Shown here in pieces: positions 1 through 13,119 of a stretch of 64,000 nt of DNA. Source of the DNA: Heteronotia binoei (Eukaryota); the NCBI RefSeq assembly GCF_032191835.1, contig NC_083233.1:25668001-25732000 (forward strand). The letters are read 5' to 3'. The notes below the pieces were generated by a model. The model ran no database searches. It saw only the letters and a program-made list of their open reading frames with translations, and was not told the DNA's origin. The position numbers were made by a program, and so were the translations under genes. Position 1 is the first letter of the stretch, and the number at the start of each line of letters is the position of its first letter.

Positions 1-11
1 ACTCAGGCATG

Positions 12-385
12 CAGTGCCGGATTAAACCCTGTGGAGGCCCCTAGGCAGTCAAAATCTCAGGGGGGAGCCTTGCAAATTGTCTCAGAGTTGGAGCACCCAC
101 CCCACTGTCCATGGCCTCCACTGCAGCCTGCAGGCACTTTCTCAAAAGCCTCTTTGACGAAGCTGTGGGGGAGAGGCAGAGAGAGGCAAACTTGGTGACG
201 ACACCAGCAGCAGCCACACCAGGCAAGTTGGGCAAAGAGCAACTCAGTTGCTGGCTGCATATGCAGGCTGCAAGGGCTGCAAGCAGGGGGGAAACTGGGG
301 GGGGGGGGAAGCCAGCTCGGGGCCCCTAAAAGTGTAGGGGCCCATAGGCCAGTGTCAACTTGCCCTAATTGTTAATCCAGCCCCG
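12..385. mobile_element. Non-autonomous hAT-type MITE
   Basis: Imperfect TIRs CAGTGCCGGATTAA / TTAATCCAGCCCCG; perfect 8-bp TSD CAGGCATG at 4-11 and 386-393. Confidence 0.8.
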
Positions 386-694
386 CAGGCATGAGAGGGA
401 GGAGTGGGTCATTTTTCTGGAGCCCAGGACCCAGTTCTAAAAGCCCATTGCCCTCACATGATTGATATATTGCAAATTTAGTCCACTGTTTCTCTGAAGA
501 GCTCAGGCCAGTTTATGTAGTTCTTTCCTGCCCACATAAATCCTCACAATGATACTGTGAGGTGGGTTATTCTGATAGCCCCAAATCAGCTAGTGCACTG
601 CGTGGGTGTGTGGGGATTTGAACCTGGGTTTCCCCAGTCCTAGTCTTATACCCTAGTCACAACACCACATCTCAGAGTTGAATTCATGAGACTG

Positions 695-889
695 CAGGGC
701 TTTTTTTTTTGGTAGAAAAGCCCAGCAGGAACTCATTTGCATATGAGGTCACACCTCCTGACATCACCATTGTCTCACAGAGGGCTTTTTGTAGAAAAAG
801 CCCAGCAGGAACTCATTTGCATAGTAGGCCATACCCCCTGACACCAAGCCAGCTGGAACTGTGTTCCTGCTAAAAAAAAAAAAGCCCTG
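695..889. mobile_element. hAT-type MITE (CAGGGCTTTTT family)
   Basis: TIRs CAGGGCTTTTTT / AAAAAAGCCCTG; internal direct repeat AAAAGCCCAGCAGGAACTCATTTGCAT. Same family as 8052-8251 and 13499-13699, in opposite orientation. No clean TSD. Confidence 0.75.
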
Positions 890-1298
890 TCAGAGACTGT
901 ATATACTGACTGAGATCAGCAAGGGCGCACGTGTGTATTACAAGTTGGTACCAGGTCCAGAGAAGAAATGTTTGATCTTTGATAAGTAGTTCTGAAAAGT
1001 TATCATAAGTGGTTGAGAACTGCGGGTCATTCCTGGGGGCTGGGCACATTGTCCTGCTACAACTGGCAGGACCAGATCTACGTTTTTGAGGGAGTGCAAA
1101 ATTAAAACATGGCGCCCCTTATGGGCCATTCTATCTCATGGTCCCATAGAATACAATGGACTCCATACCCAATTTGGTGCCCCTTCTCTGTCGGCGCCTG
1201 GGACAAGCACCCCCCTCTGCCCTCCCTAGATCCGGCCCTGACAAGTGGTTAGGCCGGTTTTGAGGGCAGCTCCCACTCATGGGAACAAGACTTATAGG

Positions 1299-1487
1299 CT
1301 GGGCTCTTTTTCTAGTAGGAGTTCCTCTACATATTAGGCCACACACTCCTGATGTAGCCAATCCTCCTGGAGCTTACAGCAGACCCTGTACTGTACTGTA
1401 CAGGCCCTCTAAGCTCTTGGAGGATTGGCTAAATCAGGGGGGCGTGGCCTAATATGCAGAGGAGCTCCTGCTAACAAAAGAGCCCTG
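1299..1487. mobile_element. Palindromic hAT-type MITE
   Basis: TIRs CTGGGCTCTTTT / AAAAGAGCCCTG; perfect 8-bp TSD CTTATAGG (1291-1298, 1488-1495); internal fold-back symmetry. Confidence 0.85.
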
Positions 1488-2818
1488 CTTATAGGAACGT
1501 TGATCACATCTCTGCCGACCACTTGATATCAAACGTGTTAAAGGAATTCTGTCAGGCATGTCCAAAACACCAAGCTGATTTTTCAGCGGAGAAGGTGACA
1601 AGCTTCTACAAGTCAGAGCTCATAGAGAGTTCATTAGCTGGTCCTCGGGGCATCCAACTCCCATTTAAATTGAGAGGCACAAGCATCCAGCCGGACCACA
1701 AATACGCATGCCGAGGAGATTAGTTCATCTCTCAACGAGACCGCCCATGGTTAACAAAGAAGAATGCAGTGAGAGTCATGGGTTGCTTGCTCTCGATAAA
1801 TGCTCTAAATATTCTTCTTGGAAGAAAATCTACTGGGTTTTGAGCTCCTCTGCAAAGTATTCAGAAGAGGTTAATGTCTTGCTAAAGCTGCTAAGAAAAG
1901 AACGGCTTAATATAAAACAGTATTATAGAGCGATGTTCTTGCTTTCAGCAGAACGAAAGGTGTGAGCAATGGATTTGATGCACGGCTGCATATGTACTTG
2001 AGAAATAATGTACTGAAAGCTAGGCTATCGCTACATCGGAAAGATTTTTCCAGTGTAGCCCACTGATGATCTGTTTATTTAAAATACTTCCACCCCACCT
2101 TTCTGCAAATGTATTGCAAGAGGTTTACGGTAAAATGCAAGAAAACCTCTGCGAGACCAGATCTGAAACAGAACAGCGGGTAGGAAATAATTGAAGCAGG
2201 CAAGTGGCAGGTAAATGTGAACAGAATAACATGAAAACAATTAAACAAGACACTTGCATTGCAACCAGTTAAGAAAAACAGGACCATCTTTCCTGATGTT
2301 GAAAAATATAGCTCATAAGGTGCCAGACAGACTTCATCCAGGAGCAAGCTCCATATTATGGGGTGCCTGTGCAGACAAGACCCTCTTTCCTGTAGGCACG
2401 CTCAACGAACCACTAGTTCAGTTAATATTCTCCTCAGGAACAGGGAACCCAGTGCCGAGCAAGCTGTTCAGATGCATCCAAGTTAATTTGGGTGGGGTCT
2501 GTTTGCATGATTACACCGTTTGCTCACGTAGGTAGACTTTCTTGCTGTTGCTACTGCCACCTTCTCATAGTCACCAGCCTGCTGCTATTGCAACCTCCAA
2601 TTTATAGAAGAGCATATAGTAAATAGTGCGTGTGGGGGGGGGGACTGAAATTTTTGAGTTGAGACTTGCTACGTAGTCTTCCAGAGCCTGCGTACAAACC
2701 CAACTAATCGTTCAATAAGTTCTTGCAATCACTTCTTCTTGACGCAAAAAGCAGGCAGTGTGTTCTATCAGATAATGATCATTCAAAGGATGCATCTGAC
2801 TGCACAGGTGCAAAGAGG

Positions 2819-3009
2819 AGGTGAATTGCAGATAACTTTTTTCATCTTAATAATTTGAATGGCCACGATCGTGGGAAATACCAGTCTCATCTGGTAAAAG
2901 AGTATTAGTTCTAGGTGAATTGCAGATAACTTTTTTCATCTTAATAATTTGAATGGCCACGATCGTGGGAAATACCAGTCTCATCTGGTAAAAGAGTATT
3001 AGTTCTAGG
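2819..3009. repeat. Perfect 94-bp tandem duplication of unique sequence
   Basis: AGGTGAATTGCAGATAAC...GTATTAGTTCT occurs at 2819-2912 and again at 2913-3006, identical by eye. Confidence 0.95.
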
Positions 3010-3380
3010 ACTGGGCAAAACCAGTTGCAAGTTGCAGCAGCCTAGCAGTTACTGTGTTCATGAAAACCGAAGAGTTTACCTGGTGTGCGATGGAGGGTGT
3101 TTGATCAGGTGCTGTTTTCTTGGTAAGCATGTCTGCTGCAAAATTGTTTTAATTTAATGTTTTAATTGTTTTATTTTGAATTGTGAGCCACCCTGAGCCT
3201 GCTTTGGCGGGGAGTGCAGGATATAAATCAAATAAATCTAAGCCTAAACCTAAAATTCTTAGCATGCCTACTTCCTAGTACCTAGCAAGTTAACCTCACC
3301 CAGCAAGGGCATACTAGGAATGATTCTGAATACCATCCCTGCCATGAATTGTGGACTTTACCACCCAAAATGATGGTGAT

Positions 3381-3646
3381 GGCTACTAGTTTAGATGGCA
3401 TGAAGAGACAAATTCAAGGAGGGTAAGTCTAGCAATGGCTTATAGACATATTAACTCAATGGAACCTCTATGATCAGAGGCAGTAATCCTGGAAATACCA
3501 GTTATAGGAGGCAACAGCATTGGGAGGCTTTAGCCTCTGTGTCCTGGTTGCAGGCCTTCCGGGGACATCTGGCTAGGTGCTGCGTGGAACGGGATGTTGG
3601 ATTAGATGGACCCATTTGCCTGATCCTGCATGGTTTCTCTTATGTG
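3381..3646 (+). mobile_element. Degenerate CR1-type LINE 3' end (TTCTTATG-tail subfamily)
   Basis: Ends in GGATGTTGGATTAGATGGACCCATTTGCCTGATCC...TTCTCTTATGTG, matching the better-preserved copies at 4444-4802 and 54425-54742. Confidence 0.6.
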
Positions 3647-3734
3647 TCAACTGAAAATCCCCTTTTCAGTTTGGCTTCTTACATCAACAGAAAAAAGAAT
3701 TTCAATACTTACAGTGGAAAGTAGAGAACAAGAT

Positions 3735-3967
3735 CTGTTTTATTTACTCCATCTATAAGGTGCCTTTCTCCCCAGTGAGGATCTAAAGGGGCTATTTTGT
3801 TCTCCTCTTCATTATCCCCACCCCCCAAACAACTCTGTGAGGTCAGTTAGGCTGAGACTGTATGACTGGCCCAGGCTTACCCAGCAAGCTTCCAATACTA
3901 AGTAGAGATCCAAACCTGAGTCTCCCAGATCCTGATCTATCACTCTAACTATTGCACCACACTGGCT
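3735..3967 (-). mobile_element. Degenerate Squam3-like tRNA-derived SINE
   Basis: Reverse complement has a CCAGTGTGGTGCAATAGTTAGAGTG A-box-like head and an AATAAA-like tail. Confidence 0.55.
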
Positions 3968-4443
3968 AAGTGGATCTTGAATGTAACAAAATAGGGAACT
4001 TCTGTCTATTTCCAGGGTAGATGGAGAAGAACTTCAGATGATGTTCAGCTTCCAAGCAGGCTCCTATGACAAGACCCGAAGGCACCCTGGCTCCAGACCA
4101 CTTAGAACTTTAATCATCAGGACCAGCATTTTGAATTTTGCCTGGAAACACTTGCTTTCTGCATTCTGCCAGTAAACGCCAGGAGGAAGTGTCCAGTCAT
4201 AAACTTTGGGTCCCAAAGCAGCTTTCTGCTCAGCTAACACAAGATTCAGATTGCATAAACCTAGACCTACACAGCTGCCTTTCTTTCATTAGATGAAGGG
4301 ACCACCAGCCCCAAGCTATCATGGGCACCTGAATGAAACCATTAGGGAGTCATCTCCTATTAATCAGTGTTCTTTGAGAAACACCAGTCTTGGTGTATCA
4401 CATGCATTGATTTATCAATTTAGATCAAGCCAGCTGTGACACT

Positions 4444-4802
4444 GATGGGCAGTAGATTAAAGCTGGACAAAGGGAAATACTTCTTTACACAGAGAGTGAT
4501 TAAAATGTGAAATTAGCTGCTAGAGGATGTAGTGATGGCCACAGTCATAGTGAGCTTTGAAAGAGGATTAGACAGATTCATGGAGGACAGGTCCACTGGT
4601 CCCTTCTAGTCATGGTGACTAAGGGGAAGCTCCACATTTAGAGGTAGTCAGTTTCAGAATCCAAGGCAACATCAGGGGAAGGCCTTGACTTCCATGATCT
4701 GTTGTTGGTTCTCCAGAGGAACTGATCGGCCACTGTGTGAGACAGGATGGTAGACAAGATGGACCACTGGTCTGACCCAGCAGGGCTGTTATGTTCTTGT
4801 GT
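4444..4802 (+). mobile_element. CR1-type LINE 3' end (TTCTTATG-tail subfamily)
   Basis: Residual ORF2 end (AAATACTTCTTTACACAGAGAGTGATTAAAATGTG, i.e. KYFFTQRVIKM), then 3' UTR ending CTGTTATGTTCTTGTG. Confidence 0.75.
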
Positions 4803-6684
4803 GTTAGACTGTAGCACACAACCTCCAAGCCCTATTTCTGGAGCTCCTCTCCACCAGATCTCTCCAACCGGTAGCTTGGTATTCCTAGTTCCTAACCACA
4901 AATTACATCTGGTTATATTTCTAGATTTACATTTATGTAGAGTCCCCCCTCCCCGCCGCCTTAACTCACACTGATATGCATTCTCCCGTTCATTTCAATT
5001 TTTCTCTGGCAATTCTAATTTACCTTCTTTTTATTACTAAAATAATAACACTTGGACACACAAAAAATGTTAATTTTCCTTTTAACATAAAACTGCAGTA
5101 AACCATCCACGACTTTCCCGGTAAACAAATTTCAGCAGGCATGGCGATGCCATGCTGCCCTCCGACTGAAGAAGAAATACTGTTTAATTATCCTCCATAT
5201 AAAATCCAATAAAACCTTCCATCTTTTCTTACTTTTCTGTACAGGGGATTAGCATCGGTCTCTTTGTGAGGAGGAATCTGTATTCATGGCTCCTCCATTT
5301 AGACTTCAATTGGAATTATAGTTCCTGGCAGACATGAGAGCAACTTTGAATATCGTTGCTGTTTTGTGACAGGTGGCCATTGCATTGCTGAGCGCACGCA
5401 TAGCCTTTCGAATGATAGCCTAAAGTAACCTTCTAGGATTCATTTATTCTGGACTTTTGGGGGTTAGTAAACAATCGTATTTCTAGGGAATTAATTCTTT
5501 GTAGCTGTTATCTTGCCATCATCTTGGCATGAATCAAAATTCTTCCATTTCCAAATGGGGGTCCCTCCAGTTGCGTTAGTAATCCACAAGTGGCTTGCTT
5601 CCCCCCTCCATCTAATCTCTCTGCTGCAGGAGAGTTTAATAACCTGGTAGGTTACAAGTGGGCAGAAGCAAAATTGGTCATGCCTCCTTATCATTCTGGA
5701 CAGTAATTAGTGTCAAAGTCTGGTATTATTTAAGCTGCCAGATCTCTTTACTAGGTTAAGCTAGGCCTGTAAATGAGAAACTTGCAAAAGGCAAAGAAAA
5801 CAACACACCCTTCTTTGTTTAGTTCCATTGTTCTTCCTTGGACTGCCACCCTAATAAAATTGGTGCGGTGTTTGTGTCACCACGGGGGAGGGAGGGCATG
5901 CCAAAGGGCAAAGTCATATGAGTACCAATAGCTGCAGTGGCCAAAAGACCATGTGGTCCAGCTCTGGACTTGGAGGCATGACTTTGCAGCTCCCCACAGT
6001 TCAACCCATGGAATATTCAGACCCCACTATGTACTTGCAGAGAGCAGGTGTCTATAAAGCATGGACTCCAGATGGCTCAAGCAAGTCTGGCCACATGCTC
6101 TAAAGGGAAAGCAAACACATGGGGGAAGAAACGGTTCTGTGACCAAGCTGCCATGGATAGTGATGATTTTGAGTTTTTCATCCTGGCTATTTTGATCTTT
6201 AAAAACTCCTAGTTTCTCCCCTATAAGAATGGAAACTGCGATTCTTTGCTTTCTCACAATTTTTCTTTTCATGCGTCCAATCTTTCACACAAACTGTATG
6301 GAATTTTCTGATGCTATTGGGGTGCCAGGAAATCAGCCTAATAATTGCATGAGTTTGATACAGGTAAATGATGTACCTAGTAATATAAATAACAAATATG
6401 CTGCATATTAAAAACAATACAAATGTGTATACAAGGATTTTACACAACCCACAGCAAAAAGCAGATCATCGAGACTCTTGACAAAATATAGAAATTCATT
6501 TTAAAAACAGAGGTAGCGCTCACTCTTTCCTAAACTGGGAAAAGAAAGTCAGCCAGAACTTGAATGCAGGTGATAACAGTCCTCCAAGATACTCTAGCAA
6601 AAAAAGACAGCTAGTATAATTGTGCTTTGAGAGCAATGCAGGCTGGTTCAGAGAATGGCCTGATGTTCCCATGTGATGCTATTG

Positions 6685-6892
6685 CTGAATGGTGCTGTCA
6701 AGTCACCGCTGTCTTATGGCAACTCCATAGGGTTTTTAAGGCAGGAGTCTAATTGAGGTGGTTTACCATTGCATGCCTCTGCATATTGATTCTGGACCTC
6801 CCATGCAAATACTAACCCATCTAGGTACTAATCAAGACCAACCCTGATTAGCTTCTGAGATCTGACAAGATCAAGCTACCCTGCACCATCCA
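6685..6892 (-). mobile_element. Degenerate 5S rRNA-derived SINE
   Basis: Reverse complement GATCTTGTCAGATCTCAGAAGCTAATCAGGGTTGGTCTTGATTAGTACCTAGATGGG resembles the 5S internal control region, followed by a GCAATGGTAAACCACCTC RTE-like tail. Homologous to 34555-34760. Confidence 0.65.
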
Positions 6893-7057
6893 GTATTTGT
6901 TACAGTCTTAGTGAACCATAGATCGTATGGTCAGAGTTGTTGCGGTATAGTGGTTATAGTGTTTGACTTGTGTCTGAGACAACTGATTTGAATCCTTCTT
7001 CTGCCATAGAAGCTCACTTGAGGACCCCAGGCCTTTTGTCATCTCTCACCCTAACCT

Positions 7058-7300
7058 TCCAGTTTGGTCTAGTGGTTAAGTGGGCAGACTCTAATCTGGA
7101 AGAACGGGGTTTGATCCCCCACTCTTCCACTTGCACCTGTTGATGTGACTTTGGGTCAGCCACAAGTTCTCTCAAAGCCCCACCTACCTCACAGGGTGTC
7201 TGTTGTGGGGAGGGGAAGGGGAAGGAGATTGTAAACTGCTCTGAGACTCTTTCGGGTAGTGAAGGGTAGGGTATAAATCCAATCTCCTCCTCCTTCCTCG
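7058..7300 (+). mobile_element. Squam3-like tRNA-derived SINE
   Basis: A box TGGTCTAGTGGTTAAG, B box GGTTTGATCCCC, body CCTCACAGGGTGTCTGTTGTGG, TATAAATCCAATCTCCTCC tail. Confidence 0.85.
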
Positions 7301-7585
7301 TTGGGAGGTTTTTATGAGAATAGAGGAAGGGAGGGTTGAATGATGTGAAACCTATTTGGATTCCCATTAGGAATCCATTGGGCAAAAAAGATATAAATAA
7401 TGAATAAAGAGAATCTACTCTGATTGGCAGCAGTTTTCTAGGGTCTTAGGTAGAGATCTTCCACATCATTGACTACTTGATTCTTTTAATTGAAGATGCT
7501 TGAGACTGAGCACTGGAGCTTCCTATGATAAGGAGGTGAGCTGCTATGTAGTTATGTCCCCTCTCATGAGGCAAAATCATATAAT

Positions 7586-7700
7586 TATAGAATCACAGAG
7601 CTGGAAGGGGCCATTCAGGCCATCTATTCTAGTCCAACCCCTTGCTCAATGCAAGATCAGTCCAGAGCATCCCTGACAAAGTGTTTGTCCAGCCACTGCT
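7586..7700 (-). mobile_element. CR1 3' tail fragment (TTCTATGA-type)
   Basis: TTATAGAATCACAGAGCTGGAAGGGGCCATT...CTAGTCCAACCCC is the reverse complement of the CR1 terminus seen at 59520-59566. Confidence 0.65.
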
Positions 7701-8051
7701 TAAATACAATATCAATACATAATACATGGTAAATTATATAATATGTCCCCCCAGGGCTCCTGAGCATCTCTTACAGAGTTGGCCCTCTCAACCACTTTAT
7801 ACAGTGTGACTTGATACAATGCAGCTTCTTGTATTCAATGTGAGTTGATCTTTCCCAGTGGACCTCTGAGGTGTGCAGGTGTCATGTGCTGATAGTCAAA
7901 TGGACTTAATTCCTGGGAAGTGGTTCGATATACGATGGATCCCTGGATGTAGCTGGAGGACATGTGGTGCAGCAGCTCCATTGAAGCAAAGCAGGTATGG
8001 GTCTTTTCTGTGTCCTGATCAGAGATCTTCTTGCAATGCTATGCAGGCTGC

Positions 8052-8251
8052 CAGGGCTTTTTTTCAGCAGGAATGCACAAGAATGCAGTTCTGACTGGCT
8101 TGGCATTAGGGGGTGTGGCCTAATATGAAAATGAGTTCCTGCTGGGCTTTTTGGTAGAAAAAAACAATGTGTGAAACAATGGTGATGTCAGGGGGTGTGG
8201 CCTAATATGAAAATGAGTTCCTGCTGGGCTTTGTCTACAAAAAAAGCCTTG
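8052..8251. mobile_element. hAT-type MITE (CAGGGCTTTTT family)
   Basis: TIRs CAGGGCTTTTTT / AAAAAAGCCTTG; perfect 8-bp TSD CAGGCTGC (8044-8051, 8252-8259). Confidence 0.85.
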
Positions 8252-9326
8252 CAGGCTGCTACATTGAAAGGTGAGGTGAAAATGTAACTGATAAATAAAC
8301 CACCAATGCTCATTGACCAAGACATAACATTCAAGATTGTCTAACAAGGCTTTGGAGTCCAGTGTGGACTTGCTTCAAACAAATCAGGTACACAGAATAT
8401 AGGACACCACATATCAGCATAAATTCGACAGCCTCTCCCAAGAAACTCCTAAGTTCATCTGAATCAACACAAGGTCCTAAGGTATGATCCAAAGGCACCT
8501 GCTGAAGCTGTCTGGATCTTATCATTTTTTAAACGAGAGCCCTCCTAGGTATATATATGGTTCCATAAGTTCCATAGGGGAAGAAATAAATGAATAGTCC
8601 CCATGAAAATATTGCCAGTATTATTGGCTTGACTACTTATATACTGAAATTAAAAGTTAACATAAAGTAAAATCTTTTGGCTTCCGAAAGGCTGGTGCTC
8701 TACAGAAAGCATTGTTATTTATGAGCATCTGGTCCAGTTTTACCATACCCTTGTGCTAGGGACTGTGTGATTTGTACAATGATGGTTGATTTTAATTGAC
8801 TTTAGCTGCGATTAGCAAATCCCAACTGGAGATGCTCCAAGAGGCTATTACTGAAGAACTGTGGGTGGGGATCTGTTTTGAAGTGACGGTAAACATTGTG
8901 ACACATGCAGGACGCATTGCATATTTTTGGATGCACATTTGACTTCCCTTGCCTTAGATTTCAAAGAGGCTTGTTAAGGCATTCCTGTCTGTCAGTTACA
9001 AAGGGAGGGGGGGGGGGACATCCATTACTTTGGAAGGCTGCAGTGCTGACACTCCGGATCCTGTTTGAAACGTATAACTTCCTAGCTGGCAGCTGGTTTG
9101 GGTCATAAAGATGGGAGCCGGGATGCTAAGCACCTTAGCCTGAGCTCCACAGTCCAAGCAGCATCGCTCTACAGGTAAGGCTTTCACTAGGTGCCCAACG
9201 ATGAGAATTTTAATATCTATACATTAGATATGCCTCTGATCTGTATTCTCATGGCTTGGAAGTACAAGCTTCATAATCTTGCATCATCTGAAAGTTAAAG
9301 GTATTTTAGTATTGATTTTTTTTTCT

Positions 9327-9722
9327 CTTGGTGTAGTGGTTAAGTGCGCAGACTCTTATCTGGGAGAACCAGGTTTGATTCCCCACTCCTCCACTTGCAG
9401 CTGCTGGAATTGCCTTGGGCCAGCCATAGCTCTCGCAGAGTTGTCCTTGAAAGGGCGGCTTCTGTGAGAGCTCTCTGTCCCACTTACCTCATGGGTGTCT
9501 GTTGGGGGGGGGGAGGTAGAATAATAGAGTTGGAAGGGACCTCCAGGGTCATCTAGTCCAACTCCCTGCACAATGCAGGAAACACACAAACACCTCCCCC
9601 TAAGGTAAAGGAGATTGTAAGCCACTCTGAGACTTTGAGATTCGGGGTGCAGGGCAGGGTATAAATCCAAATCTTCTTCTTCTTCTTCTCCTCCTCCTTC
9701 TTCTCCTCCCCTTCCTCCTCCT
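9327..9722 (+). mobile_element. Squam3-like SINE interrupted by an antisense CR1 tail
   Basis: Head TGGTGTAGTGGTTAAGTGCGCAGACTCTTATCTGGG, (CTT/CTC)n tail. A CR1 3' end is inserted at 9519-9602, flanked by AGGTA (9514-9518, 9603-9607). Confidence 0.85.
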
Positions 9723-10575
9723 CCTTTCCATTCTCCTTCCGACTACACTTACAATGCAATCCTTAACAGACTTAGCCCACTCTAAACCCATTGAAATCAA
9801 TTGGCTTAGACTGAAGCAATTGTGCTTAGCATTGCACTGTGCTGCAGTGCTGCCGGACCAGGGAAGCGAGCCGGCATCCAGCCAATGAAGCCAACGGGTG
9901 GGTAGCAAGAGAGACTCTCTCCCCCTTCTTGCTTCCTCCTTCCCCCACCTTCCTTGGTGCCTTTGCACACCCTGGGGCATGTAGTCCATAGATGCCTGAC
10001 ATCAAGCTGTGAGACATATTGAGGACTGCATTTTCCAGGGTGTCGCTAAACATTCTACCTTGGACACTGAACTGACAGCAGGCAAAGCACTGGGGAATGA
10101 GGGACGAGGGGAGTTCACTGCTTGCCTGCTTGGCTGTTGGCTGGCCAGCTGCAAATCCACATGGACAGGAGACTAGGTTTTTCACGGTGAGAACCATCTG
10201 TCCCTCTTTTCAGCTCCCAAGGCAACACGCTGAAATTGTTAATACATGCCCTTTTCAGAACTTTTCCCTGTAATTGCCCTGTAGAATGATGCATTTTAAA
10301 GATTGCTTCTCCCGAAATATTTTGTATTCGGGTGCAGATTCCAAAGTGCTGAGCTCAAGTGCGCTACATCAATTATGGACAGCATGTGCAGGTTTGAAAT
10401 GGAGCTTTTGATTTTAAAATGCATGAAACTCGTGAGCAGAAATGGTTTAGGCCCGGGCTTTTGTGTTTTTAAGTTTCTGAAAAACACACTCACCTTCATA
10501 ATTGATGCAGTAACCTATACTTTGTACTCAAGTATCTGAACTACAGTACAAAATCTTATATGAAACCGCCCTAGG

Positions 10576-10748
10576 CAGGGCTTCCCCCCACCCTGGAAAA
10601 AGAGGTGCTGGAACTGTCAAGAGGGAAACAAAGGAGAAACACACGGATACCCCTCATGAACCTTTAAACATTTCTTTTTGTGAATTTTGTTTCCATGAAG
10701 AGGTTCCAGAACTCCATTCCACTGTGTCCCCCCAGAAAGAAAGCCCTG
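10576..10748. mobile_element. hAT-type MITE
   Basis: Ends CAGGGCTT / AAGCCCTG; TSD GCCCTAGG / GCCTTAGG (7 of 8 match). Confidence 0.75.
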
Positions 10749-13119
10749 GCCTTAGGACTGCCAGTGGTAGGCACAGACTACATGATTTGTCTGTGTTAGT
10801 AGTCAGTACCATCTTGCCAGAAATCTCTTGGACTCTTGGTTTTGCAAACTTTGACTCCAATCTAAGACCAAAGTCTGCCAGGCACCCAAAGAAACTCAAC
10901 CTGGGTGATGGAGCTATAGGGCGGAGCTTATATATCAACTATAGGACGGAGCTTATATATCATTGACCATAGAATACCCATCCACTTTAATGACCAGATT
11001 CCAAAGTTGCTCTGTGCAAAGATGGTTGCTGTCATCTGCATGTCTGTATATTATAAGGTATCCTTCACGTTACAGGGTCCTTTCATGCATGCTTCTTCCT
11101 TGATGCCACTTCTCAGAGGCCCTTCACTTCTTGGGATGAACTGTGCATCTCATGGCACTCCAGCCTTCCGCTACCACAGTTGGCCTACCCTGGCTCTGTC
11201 CTGAGTCCAGCTCCAGTTCTAGCCTGTGCTGCACTATTCTACTTGTTCTGCTGTCAGAAGGGTTTTCATCATTCCCAGAAATTGCATTCATTTGCTAGTA
11301 TGTCACTCCTAACAGTGACACATCCCTTCCTGCTCTGTTCAGTAAACATTCGGCCTGGTTAGCTGCTGATGGATATGCCCATGGGCATGACTGGGCAGTC
11401 CACCACACGGTACTTCATCACACCTTTTTCAGGATACCTGCATTGCAGTTTCTAGGTGCTGAAACCTAGATCATACATAGGACTTCTGCCTATATGGTTC
11501 TTCCTGATTATTTATTCAAGTTATGGATGCAGGCATTTGATTATATCCTTCATACACAATCAAAAACACAACTATAACTATTTGCCTTATAATGTTATAA
11601 CCACCTGAAATAGCTATCTATGCCCAATTATTCATGTATGGACAAGCATACCTTATCATACCTCCCCCCCCCCCCCAAAAAAAAGTGCACCAACAAATGT
11701 GCACAGCAGCCAAGAAGGTCTGAACGCCTGCTCCGGCTGCAACGCCACTGAGGATGTTCTCCGCAGCTGAGAACGAAACGTCTGGAAGGAAAACTTTCTC
11801 CAGTAGAACACGGTACTTGATCCCGAAAGATTCTACAAACCCTAATGATGTTACCAGCCATGAAAACCTGAAATCTTTGATAACTCTGAGAGTGTTATGA
11901 CTGACCCAAGGTCATACCAGCAGCTCCATGTGGAGAAGTGGGGCATCAAACCCGGTTCACCCAGATTAAAGTCCATGCACTTAACCACTATATCATATTG
12001 GCAAAAATGATTACAGGTACTCAGATCATGAGAACTGCCGAGGGAATGTTGAACGTGTGATAAGTCTATTGAGTCGTGGGAACAGCAGGAACAATCTGAA
12101 ATATTACAGTGTTTAAATAGGAACTGTTTATCAAAATCATTTGGAAGATCCAAGGCAAAACACATTGCAACAAAGCAACAAAACATGTAATTAATCAAGC
12201 CCATCTCTTGAGCCTCTCCTTTGTCCTACTAAGTGAGTCTCTTGTCTACTAAGTGAGCATCTTGTTGACTCACAATGCTGCAAAAGTGGAAAATGGAGTA
12301 ATTCAATCAAGTTGCTCTAAATATTGAAAGGCTGGTAGGATATGAAAGAGGCCCACCCTTTTCATGGATGTCCTGTGCTTCTTATAATGTGTGGTTTCAC
12401 CTGTCTTTCCACAGGGTGAGGTCAAACATCAGACTGACGTTCTATGAGAACCTGAAGAACTGCAGACCAAAAAATGAGGCGACCTTTTACGTACACAGTG
12501 AGACAAGAATAAAACCTTCACGGATAAGATGTTGGCAGGGGCAGGAAGCCGGCAACTGAGAACAAAAGCCATCCTTTCCCAGAGAGCCAGAAGTCTGACT
12601 TGCGTCTTCTGACTTGTGGCACAGAGACCTTTCAGTCTTCAGCGGGGGAAATTCCATATTCGGGGACAACTGTTTGCCAAAATCCAGTGGTACAGAACCC
12701 AGAGAGAAATCCATAGCTGACAACAAGGAACAAATAAGCAACTCGCTGCAATGTAAAGCTGTGATTAGCCACCATTAGAAAGAATACATAGCAGTCTGAA
12801 AGGGGCCTGCAGAAAGGGAAAGAAAAATTAAGCCAGGAGCTGCAAAGATCAATGAAAACAATCAGTGTTTTCTGCCAAGAAATGTATAAAAATGACAGGA
12901 ACTGAGGCTGTAGAAAAGTGGCTGAAAATCCTTCACTTTCTGACTTAATCTGCAACTGAGAATAAGGCTGGGTATTTGGCACACTGGAGGCCAAAACTGA
13001 GAGGATATGACACCAAAGGGCTGGCTAGGATTCGTAATCCTGCTCAGGGTTTTCCTCCAGATTGAGGGTTTACTACCAATGGCTAGGGATGCAAAGGAGT
13101 TCATCAGGCAAACATTCAG

